Origin: the human T2T-CHM13v2.0 reference genome, Homo sapiens
DNA: 64,000 bases
Strand: one strand, 5' to 3'
NCBI RefSeq assembly: GCF_009914755.1
Contig: NC_060925.1
Both the position numbers and the translations under genes were made by a program. A model generated the notes under the pieces. It was given only the letters and a program-made list of their open reading frames with translations. It did no database searches and was not told the DNA's origin. Position 1 is the first letter of the stretch; each line of letters starts with the position of its first letter. Below, in pieces: positions 54,077 through 64,000 of this stretch.

Positions 54077-54350
54077 ATAAAAAAATATGCTGCAAAACTC
54101 CGCAGAATTGGCTGGTTTTGATATTCCTCATTAATATTTGTTTGCTACTTGTACATTTCATTTTATTGCCTATGAGCACTCATTAGCAGTCAAGCAGTAG
54201 CAAGTGCCCAGAGCTTATGAAAAGCCAATGGGAGAAAACTAGAAGAATGAGATAATGATAAGTAATAACTTTGTCCTTTACTGCAAATTGGGAAGAGCTA
54301 GGTATTGGTTTAGTGTAGGAGTGAAACATCTCAGCACAGCCCTCAGAGCC

Positions 54351-54377
54351 CAGGGTCAGGGTTAGGATTAGGGTTAG
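54351..54377 (+). repeat. Short degenerate telomere-like hexamer run
   Basis: cAGGG TCAGGG TTAGGA TTAGGG TTAG. Confidence 0.6.
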
Positions 54378-55519
54378 CACTTTCATAGGTTTCTTCTGGT
54401 CAAGGCTGGAAAGCAATCTGATTAACTAGATCATGGTAAGGAATGAATGACCACCAGAGTAGCTTAATCCTGCCTGGAGGTACTAGCAGCTCGGCTTTAG
54501 AGATGGAGAGGAAGTAAGCTTTCCCAACTTCCTTCAAATGCTATAATCTGCCTGTAAACTCAGAGGATAATACAGATGTTAGTTTCTCTTGCGATAATAA
54601 TATCATGAGGGGGGAGGGGCAGCTCGAGGATGAATCTTTTTCTCCAGGTTTGCAGCGGTAGCTTGAAGTAGTGTCTTGGGGTGGACTCTGACATCCCCTT
54701 CCACCACTATCCACTGTCACCTTCCGAAGCCACTCCAAATGAGCAAACATAAACTCTAGGTTAAAAGTGTGCTTATTCTACAAATGCAGCTTCAAGATAA
54801 GTCTTCTGTATGTTCCCACCCCTCACCAGAATACTGTCCCTGGGATCCTCCTCTGAGAACAGTTGGCAAAGCTGGTTGGTCCCCTTAGGGAGAAAAGGGC
54901 TGGCCTTCATATGGAATGCCTAGGGCTGAATAAACAATCAGATGGGGTTTCCTTCCTGACCTACTACTGCTGCCAAGTAAAGTGAACAGAAACGTCCACC
55001 ACAGAAGGCCATTCTCCAGATGAGAAAACCAAGGATCAGAGAACAAAGACTTGGCTTGGATTACATATGCAGGAGGTTCCTGCACATCTGGCCACACCTA
55101 CCCTTTCTGGCTCTTTGGGACATATGATGGAGACTGGAGGCTTCCAACTCTGAGCTGATGCACGGGTAATGGACAGGGGCAGCTCCACGTCAGTGAGACG
55201 TGATGCATTAAGATGCTGATACCATGGAAAAAACTGGGAGGTGTGAGCCCCTCCCCAGCCATCACACACAGGCCAAACATCTGGTCTGCACTAAGGGCAC
55301 CTGCCAAATCTCGCCTGAGGCCATGAACTCCAGCCCAGGTGAGACGGTTCTGTTCCTTTGCAAGGGTGGCCCCTAGGCCTGGACAAGGCTGAGGTGAGAG
55401 TCCGGCTGGGGCTCAGCAGAAGCCTGTGAATGACTCCGGTTGTGCTCTCACACCAAGACAAAGAATAGCACTGGCATCTCCCACCTGAAGTTTCACAATG
55501 GTCTACTTAGCCTTTCTCA

Positions 55520-55680
55520 CCCACAATCCCACACCAACTCAGGGAAGAAAGACCAGCTGTTTGTTTTCCTACTTGGCAGAGGAGGAAACTGAGGTTCAGA
55601 GTGGTCAAGTGACCTGCCCAGAGTCATACAGCAAGTGAATGAGAAAGGCAGAATTGAAACCCAAGACTCAACACTTTTTA
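55520..55680 (-). mobile_element. MIR
   Basis: 'cagaggaggaaactgaggttcagag..gtcaagtgacctgcccagagtcatacagc'. Confidence 0.85.
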
Positions 55681-56351
55681 CCATCTTTGAATGAAACAGC
55701 TGACCCTAAGCAGGATGGGCACATAAGAGGCACCTCTCATGCTGTGAATGGCATCCCTGAATCAAGAACGCTTCGGGACATGCAGACATGCAGCTGGGCC
55801 CCTAACTGGTTGCCACTTATCAGCCGATGTCTCCTCACTCCTGCCACAAGCCTCTCCCAGTCACAGGGACAAGGGAATGATGGTTCCTTACAAGGAATAG
55901 CTGTCAAGAGGCAAGAGAACAGACATCTCTTTTTCCTGAATTATGTTAGAGCCCAGGAGGGATGTTCAATCTTCAAGGGCATGTGCGGACCTACCTAATG
56001 CAACAGCAATGGAATAACTAAGAATTCCCAGGACTTCCCACCTCCCAAAGCCCAAACTATTGTCTGTGCTGATGGTAACTGCTCGCTCCAAGATGAATGG
56101 GCAGAAGCTGGGATGAAAGGCCCAGACACATAGGACTGATAAAGCAAACAGGTTCAGTGTCCAGCATCCGTATGGAAACTCCATAAGAGGCAAGGGCCAA
56201 CAGTCCTCTGTCCCTTCCTCCAGTGACCCCCAAAAGACAGGCAGGCACTATCAGATCTCCAGGATAGGCTCAACAATACTGGAAAACAGGTGTATTGTCC
56301 CCATTTTGCAGATGAGGACATAGTGGCTCAGAGAGATGAGTTGACCAGTCC

Positions 56352-56781
56352 CAGGGTCATTTTAAGACCCAAGCTGCATTACTTTTGGAAGCCTCCCCGA
56401 CATTCTATAAAATTTATCCCTTGCTGAATGTAATATTTTGCTGGAAAACAACTATACATTTAAAAGATAATTTTGTTTTTGAAGTGATTTTCAGTGAGTA
56501 ACCTGTAGTATGAATGATATGCTCTGATTTCTCAGCAGTCATTGTCTGCAATCAGGAACCTTGGCAAGGTGAGGCATGCTAACCCCCAAAAGGAGGGCTG
56601 TTTCTATAAAAACTAAATCATACAATTCATTATGCTTGAGTATATTAACTAAATATTAATTTTGATGAGCAGTTTTCATATTTTGAAACCAAACCTTTTT
56701 CTTTTCATGTCTCAAGCATTTTCATGAGCCCTCGAGAAGCCACATGGGCCCATGGTGTCTCCCGGGTAAATCAAACCCGGG
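56352..56781. mobile_element. AT-rich insertion splitting a MIR, probable hAT (Tip100-like) DNA transposon
   Basis: MIR breaks after 'ggctcagagagatgagttgacc' and resumes at 'gacctgagatttgaacacaggtct'; weak terminal similarity. Confidence 0.4.
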
Positions 56782-57679
56782 ATGGACCTGAGATTTGAAC
56801 ACAGGTCTACTTCCAAAACCAGGGCTCCTTCCTCAATGTCTGGCTGCCTCCAAGAGTCAAGGCACCATCTCTAAGTTGTAACAGGGAAACTACCAAATAG
56901 AACCAGCAGGCAAGCAGGCATGAAGGGGGCTGGAAGTGAGGCCCTTTGAGAAGCTGTTACAGATTTTGTAGATGTTTGATCATAAACAGCCATGGCAGTG
57001 GGTGACGTTTACACACCCGCTCATGTTAAGTCCCACAGTTACCTCCTTTTGAGCGTGGAGGGGTTAGGAAACTCCCAGTGTCACATAGATAGCAAGTGGC
57101 CTCACCACGATTTGAACTGGGGGAGTTGTGCTCTGGAGTCCAAAATCTTAACTGCTCTGGGATACTGGGACACTGGAGCAGAAGGATTTGGGGCAAGTCT
57201 GGAGAGGCCCAAGTGCAATACTGAGACATCTAGAACAATAGGAGAGAGGAGATCAGTTCTTTTGGGGAAGGTCAAAGATAGAGGACAGGTGTGGAGGCTG
57301 GCAGGTCTCAGCTGACTAGAGAGAAGAACTTTCTTAAAAAAGGCAGAGCTGTCGAACAATGGAGGGCTGCCCTACCCTGAGTGTTGAGTGCCTGGTGGCT
57401 GGCAGTCTGCAGGGAAAATGATGCCTCTGTGCTGGGCATGGGGGCAGGGGCTCTTGCTGTGGTAGAGGGCTGTACATATGGACTCCAGAGGGCGTAAGTG
57501 ATAATCCTCTCTTCCTTTCTCAGAACCACCTTTCTACAGGCTTTGGTGTCTCAGCGCGGGAGGCACAGATGGCGAGGTCTGCCTTTGGCCAGGTGTGGGC
57601 GCCCAGTGTTGGGGGAGAAGACTGCAGGCACAGAAGACTGAACTCACAGGCAGGTCCGGAGATGCAGAGCTGGTGTTCA

Positions 57680-57810
57680 CTGGGTTTTTCTATGTGCTAG
57701 TTACTGGAGCTTCACGTGTGTCATCTCCTTCTCTCCTCACACTCTCTGAGGGTGGACTTCCTCCCATCTCATAGATGAGAAAGAGCCTGGGGCCCAGAGA
57801 GGCTAAGCAG
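57680..57810 (-). mobile_element. MIR
   Basis: 'cccatctcatagatgagaaa...ggcccagagaggctaag'. Confidence 0.65.
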
Positions 57811-58030
57811 GGAACCTGGGGCTGCTTGGGATCCTAGGGCGATCTGACAGCCACCTCAGCTTCCCCACCACGAGGGATGAAGCCGGGAGGCAGCCCCTTC
57901 CTGTGCCTGACCCCTACCAGCTGGGAAATGTGGCCCAGGCAGGCAAGGCCTCTGGGGATCCCAAAGTGGCAGCAGGCAGTGGGAGCTGAGCAGAGAGGAG
58001 TAGGGGTGGGCTGGGGGGACACTGCCAGAC

Positions 58031-58180
58031 GGAAATGAAAGTGGCCTTGAGAAAAAGGAACGAGGGAAGAAAAGCAGAAACTAAAACAAGTGACAAAGAA
58101 AACGAGAGTGTCCAGAGGAAGTGGCTGAGGGGCGCGGCGCCGCCGGAGGAATCCCCCGCAGACCGGTGTTTCCTCTCTTC
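58031..58180. promoter_or_regulatory. Candidate haematopoietic/inflammatory enhancer (EICE, PU.1, NF-kB, CpG patch)
   Basis: GGAAATGAAA 58031-58040; AGAGGAAGTG 58114-58123; GGAATCCCCC 58148-58157 (reverse complement fits GGGRNWYYCC); CpG-rich ggcgcggcgccgccgg. Confidence 0.5.
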
Positions 58181-58689
58181 TCAGAGGCCTCGGGGTGGAG
58201 GACTAGCTGACCAACTGCTCCGTCACTTTGGGCCAGAGGCAGCCCGGGTGACTTTGGCAAGCATGGCCTCATCCCGCCAGCCTAGGAAGGAGCACCAGAC
58301 ACAGAGCCCCAAGCCCTGGGCTGGAGTCGTAGTCAGCTACTTCCTGCTGGGTCATTCTGGGACATTTATTAGACCTCTCTAGTACCCAGTTTCCTATCTA
58401 TAAAATGGGTATAACCATCCTGAGCCCACCACACTGCTGGAAGGATCTCCTGAGCAAATGCCCTCATCCAGGGCCTGACGGGTGCATGTTGGGGTAGGTG
58501 GGCTGTGCACACAGCGGCAGGGTGCACCTTCAGGATACCTGGGGAACAGACAGGGAGAGTATCCACCATCTTATTGTTGAACAAGAATGCATCAACGCTT
58601 GCTGGTCCTTAATCACCCTAGGCTTTGTCAGGCCTGGGAACAAAGGGCTGAATAAGGGCCAGTCTATTCCCAATTACAGACTCTGCATG

Positions 58690-58850
58690 CAACTCCAGTT
58701 CCTTATCCCAGCTCTCCTACTTGGTAGCTGTGCAACCTTGAGCAAGTGACTTGACCTCTCTGAGTATCTTTCTTCACCCATAAAGCTAGAACAATAAGCA
58801 TATCTGTCTTCTAGGTTGCAAGGAATAAATGAGACCACACTCAATCCAAA
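58690..58850 (+). mobile_element. MIR
   Basis: 'tagctgtgcaaccttgagcaagtgacttgacctctctgag'. Confidence 0.8.
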
Positions 58851-59290
58851 GCCAGGCACAAATTCCTCAGCCCCAGCCCAGGGAGTGCCCAGCCTAGAGG
58901 GGAGCTGGAGTCCAAGGACATGAGCAGGCTGTAATGATAGACGGCACCCAGGCCTGGGGCACTCAGTGCTGGGCAGGGGATGCGGGGCTGGTTCTGCCAA
59001 GGCGACAGAGCAGGGGGAGTAAGGGGGGGTGAAATGTAATCCCAAGGGGACAGCATGAGCAAATGTGCAGGGGAGGGGCCAAAGGCGATATGCTTGGGAT
59101 CTGCAGAGGGTGGATGAGGCCAGACTTGTTCTCAATCTACAGCCCCACTGACAGTTCTCAGACTGGCCCTGGAAGTGATACGGGCATGCCACTGGGGATG
59201 CTACAGTCAGCTCTTAATGCAGGGCTGGCTTCTAGGGTCAGCTTCTACAGCCAGACTTGCCTAGGCTGCAGTTTGTCTCCAGACAGACAC

Positions 59291-59300
59291 GGGAATTCCC
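59291..59300. promoter_or_regulatory. Perfect palindromic NF-kB site
   Basis: GGGAATTCCC. Confidence 0.35.
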
Positions 59301-61964
59301 CCAAGGGGTGGGCATGGTTCTTGTGAACTGCTGTGGCCTGGGACTGGGCTTAGAGTACAGGCAGCTGCTGCGGTGAAGGTGTCAGAAGGCACAGGCTAGG
59401 GTCCCAGAGAGGTTTAGGAGGGGGTTTCTCTGCTGGGTGTTTGCTCAGTGCTGGATGGTGGGTGCTGAGGGCCTCATTTGCATAGGGAGAGCAGCTGCTG
59501 TCCCAGCCACACTGCTGCCCACAATCTCCACGTGGCTGCAATCTCGCTCTCAGTCACCATCTCCCACATGGACTAGGGGTTACCCAGGCTGCCTTGGCCA
59601 CGTGCTTCCCCCAACACACAGCCATCCAGGAACAACCAGAAATCAGACTACTGTCTCCGCCACCCTCAGGGGTTCCATTCAGGGAGTCCACCTCCCAAGG
59701 TGGCTGTGGGAATAAAACGAGATCCTGGGGGAAGCAGAGAGCCCAGTGCACAGGGGTGATCAGTAACCGGCAGCCCCTTTCCCTGCCTTTCCCTCTACTT
59801 CCAACATTATGTTGTGAAGAACAGGGCAGACCTGGGCCCATGCTATCTCTCACCCTGGCTCTGTGACTTGAGGCAACTCACTCCAACTCTGTAAATCAAC
59901 TGCTCATCTGCAAAACTGGCAAGAAACTGAGAAGGCACTGGTTCTCAGATTGGCAAAGCTCATCGTCACTGCCTCACTCCCTCAACTCTATGTCCAGGGA
60001 CCACGGGTTTCCCAGGGTTCCCAAACTTGCTGTTGGCAAAGGGCCTGATATCCGTCACTGACCTTTTTATTCTGAATGGGTCCCCGTTGACTTTAAAGCT
60101 GGAATATTCTTAGAGGAATTCTAAACTCCTCCTTTCCAACTCCCTACTCATTTTACAGAAGGAGAAAGTGAAGAGAAGAGAGGGAGAAGGGCCCTGACCG
60201 AGGCCACCAGCTTGTAAGTAGCAGCCCTAGGCTTGGGACCAGGGCCTCCTGAAGGTGACAGTCCTTTCAGCCATGTGTCCTTGTTCCTCTAGTTACCTCC
60301 AATTAACTCTAGGTAACCCAGCCCAGTCTTTGATTCTGTGTTGAAAGGTGCGAGGTGCTGGAGCCGGGAAGAGGTGCGTTCTTGCTCTCGACAGGAAGTG
60401 TCATGTGAGTTTCCGGTTCCCTCTCCTCCACTACCACTCTGGATCCTCACACCAGCCCACAGAGGGAGACAGGAAGGGAGGCACAAAGGCAGGGCAGGGA
60501 ATACTGTGCCTGTTTTCCAGATGAAGACACGAAGGCCAAGAGAGGGAAAGTGAGTCGGCCAAGGTCCTCCAGCTAGTCGGGGTTGAGCGTGTTTAACCTT
60601 AGGAAACGTGACTGCAGAGCAAGGGGCTTTCATCTTCCTGTGGGAATTCGCCCCCTTTCTCACAGGGGCCCTCAAGAGACTAGGCAGGCTCCTCCTGCAA
60701 AGGATTCCTCTTTGTCCATTTGAGAGGCCTCACCCCAGGCTCTAGGAGCTGACATGATTCAGCTCAAGGAAGACTCAGTATGAAGGGAGAACCAGGAACC
60801 TGGGCCTCTGCCCCTCACCTGTGGCCTTGAACAGGTCACTTCTCCCCTCAAGCCTTGGTGTCCTCCCCTGTAGAGCTGAGGGGGTGAGGAGTAGATGAGC
60901 TGATCCTTCAGTTTGCTGCCCTCTTTGACCTGGAAGTGCTGGGCCTGCACAACCCTGCATCCCTGGCACCAGTGCTCCTAGCCCCACCCTGCTCCAGATG
61001 CCCAGTGCCTGAAGAGCCAGCTCCCCATCAGCACTCAGTCCTGGGGCAGAGCCAGGCCTGGCAATGCTGGGGGAGACCCTGGAGGGGAACATCATGGGCC
61101 ACCAGGGGCACGCTGCAAATGCAGCAACTAATGCACCAGGGGCGCCAGGGTGCAATCTATCTAAGCAGTTCTCTCACGCTCTTTGCACGTTAATAATGCA
61201 TGGGCAGCCGGTGTGGGGGCCATCACAGGCCCAACGTCAGGTGGCATTAGGAGGCCTCTAATGGTCCTGATTATCCGGTGAAGGCTCCCAGTGGGATGTG
61301 GGCAGCATGGGCAGGAAGCCAGGATTCCGGGCACTTAGACCCCACAGGTGGGAGGCTGGGGGGTGGGGCAAGAGGACAGCTTCCATAGGCCAGGGTCCTA
61401 TTCAGGGGATCTAATGGGACTAGCTGAGGCTTCCTGTGGGGGGTGAATTTGTTTGTGAAGAGGAGCAAGGACGCAACTCCCACAGCCAGATCACAAAGAA
61501 AGTGGGAAGTCAGAAACCCAGGGCTGAGTGAAACCTCTTAAAATCTCTCCTCTGTGGCGTCTCTGACCAGTGGCTCTGCAGCAAGTGCCTCTAGGGACAA
61601 GGAACTCACTACCTCCTAGAGTGACACATGCCCATTCTTTGAACAAGTGTGACTGCCGGGAAAAAGGTGTACTGCGTACAGCTGTCAAGAATGCAAATGC
61701 CACTGAGTGTTGGGGGCATGGGTAAGTTGGATAAAGGGGCTGATTTGAGAGACAGAGGTGCTGGGTTCTAATACTGAGGATTCTCCTTGTCCTCAGGCAG
61801 CTCCGGAGCCATCAACCTGGCCAGTCTTCACAGCCTACCCCAGTGGCAGACCCCCTGAATCCACCCCAGGGCCCCAGTAAGCCCCCGTGAACCTGTGAAC
61901 TTTGCATTTCTATGCTCAACACTCAGGGTGAGCAGTCCAGAAAAAACAACCCATGCACAGCAGG

Positions 61965-62455
61965 TGCTGGGGGTAGTCAGGCTTCAAGATGCCTCCAAAT
62001 GGTTCTCATCTCTGAGTATTCACACTGAATGGAACTGACCTATGTAACTAACAGGATGTCGTGGGAATGACAGGCATGACTTCCATGGCTAGGTCATAAA
62101 GAGATTGTGGCTTCTACCTTGCTCTCTCTTGGACCCCAGTTGCTGGAGGAAGCCATCTGCCATGTCAAACAGCCTATGGAGATGCCCATGTGGGGAAGAA
62201 TGGAGGTCCCCTGCCAACAATCAGCTTTGACATGCCAAGCCTGTGAGGGAGCCATCTGGAAAGGGAGTCTTCCAGCCCCAATCAGGCCTTCAGATGACTG
62301 CAGCCCTGGCCAGCTCCTTGACTGCAACCTCATGACAGACCTTGAGCAAGAACTGCTCAGCTAAGCTGCTTCTGAATTCTTAACCTACAGAAATGTCTAA
62401 TGCTTTAAGAAGCAAAGTATGGGGTAATTTACCACATGCAATAGATAACAAAACC
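61965..62455 (+). mobile_element. MaLR solo LTR (MLT1F/E-like)
   Basis: 'ctaggtcataaa', 'ccttcagatgactgcagccctggcc...ttgactgcaacctcatga', 3' end 'ggggtaattt...gcaatagataac'. Confidence 0.85.
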
Positions 62456-62809
62456 ATGTGCAATAAATACTGGTTAAACAAGTGAATGATTCCCCTGACC
62501 GAGTGTTTCTCTATGGAAGGGTCTGGCATGGAACCAGGCCCTCTGGGGCCTATGGGGGATGGAGAGGAAACAAAAGATGAGGACATGGTCCTCTAGGAAG
62601 GCTGTGGCATGTGGTGGGGAATGACAGGTGCAGACCAGAGGGAGCAGTGTGAGAGCTTTGGATGGGCTAGACTATGTGGGGAAGATGAGGAAGGAGTTCT
62701 GAGAGAGGGGACCACATGAGCCATGGTGCAGCTTGGGCCGGACGGGGAGCATCAGCAGAGGCGGGTTCTCCAGTGGCTCTCATCTTGACTGCTGTATCCC
62801 TAGCCTCCC

Positions 62810-62920
62810 TGAGACAGCTACTATTATCATCTCAATTTTGTGGATATGGAAACGGAGATTAAGCAACTCGCCCAGGGTCAAAACGCTGGGAAATGATGGA
62901 GCCAGGATTTGAACTGAGGA
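62810..62920 (-). mobile_element. MIR fragment
   Basis: 'attaagcaactcgcccagggtca...gagccaggatttgaac'. Confidence 0.75.
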
Positions 62921-62937
62921 GACCATGGAACAGAAAA

Positions 62938-62951
62938 CTAGCAGAGGGCGG
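62938..62951 (+). promoter_or_regulatory. Candidate CTCF motif
   Basis: CTAGCAGAGGGCGG resembles the CCAGCAGAGGGCGC core. Confidence 0.3.
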
Positions 62952-64000
62952 TCTTAACAAGGCCCAAGGAGATGAGGCTCCCCAGCAGGGTGACTGAGGG
63001 GAGGGCACACAGGTGCTAGGGAAGGTGGCCAAGGAAAGGCCACTGGGGCTGGTACTATAGGAGCATAGAAAGGCAGGGGAAAGTAGCCTTGGGGTGGGGG
63101 GTGACAAAGGCCCTGCCTGAGTTGAGGACTACATGGCTTTGTACCCAAGCCACTCTTACCCCAGCTGAAGCCTCATGTCTCTCCCAGGATGCTCTTGCTG
63201 GGCTCTGTGCCTGGGCTGACCAACTCCCTTACACAGCTCTGCCTACTCCCCATCATACAGCACCTGGACCGCGACGCTCTATCCCCGAGGACAAGGCCTG
63301 CCTTCCCCCAACAGAACCCCAAACACTTCAAGCTACAGTCTCCAGAGACTCTGTTCTCCAGAGGGCCCTGCAGGGATCAGATGGGACTGGGGGTCAGTAG
63401 GAGGGCAGAGGACACCAGGTTTCAGTCCCCATGGGAGGCAGGAACATCCCCAGCCTGCCTAGTCCCCAGGATCTGGTTCACCCATGTCCCTAGGACCCAG
63501 CCCTGGGCCTGGTACACAGCAGGTACTCAATACATGTGCATGGAATAAATAAACCAGCAGATGCAGAACTCCATCCTGCAAACACAAAGCAGTTCAGAGC
63601 ACACTGGGAAATCACATGGAGGAAATGTTCTGGCCATGAATTTTCACGCTGGTCCCTGATAATCCAGGTCTTTTCTGTCATTGCCCCCAGGGACTGCTGG
63701 CATCTTCCCGGCTGCACTGGGCAACACTCCATATGGGGCTGTGCTGAGACATAGTGACAGAGTGGAGGGGGTGGGGAAGATGAGAACACAAGCAGGGGCA
63801 GAGCCAAGGGATGGGATGTCCTTGGATTCTGAAACCCGAGTGCTGACAGCCAATGTCCAACTCCCAGGTACCAAGTGGTAATTACTGTGAAAAGCAGACA
63901 GCTTGACAATGGAGGATGTAGATTTCACCCAAGGCCTTACCTTGAACCCTCCCCCAGTCACATCACAGGCCATAGGGCTTGTGGGAAGGGTCCTTAGTGG

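Noticed and set aside
58035-58382. 115-aa ATG-initiated ORF over the CpG patch
   Set aside because: No recognisable homology and its 3' end enters a MIR; the motif content fits an enhancer better

Overview
This is primate (human-like) genomic DNA and it appears non-coding. I can support no protein-coding gene, RNA gene, CRISPR array or prokaryote-type system. The supplied ORFs are chance ORFs or translations of Alu, L1, MIR or simple repeats. The window is dense in old interspersed repeats: dozens of MIR and L2 fragments (only the clearer ones are listed), seven Alus (most with visible target-site duplications), six ERVL/MaLR solo LTRs, several L1 3' remnants, DNA transposons (MER82-like, MER58-like, hAT) and L3/CR1 fragments. 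It also has several microsatellites and a 167-nt pure polypyrimidine tract. Repeat subfamily names come from recognising consensus motifs by eye, and non-Alu boundaries are approximate. The most interesting non-repeat signals are regulatory. They are a MEF2 + double RFX X-box + TATA cluster at ~45.3 kb, a PU.1/EICE/NF-kB CpG-rich cluster at ~58.1 kb, a CCAAT/CRE/5'-splice-site element at ~8.3 kb, and a few well-formed candidate exons on both strands. All six LTRs lie on the + strand, which hints at an intron of a minus-strand gene. I could not identify the locus and found no convincing novel biological system.
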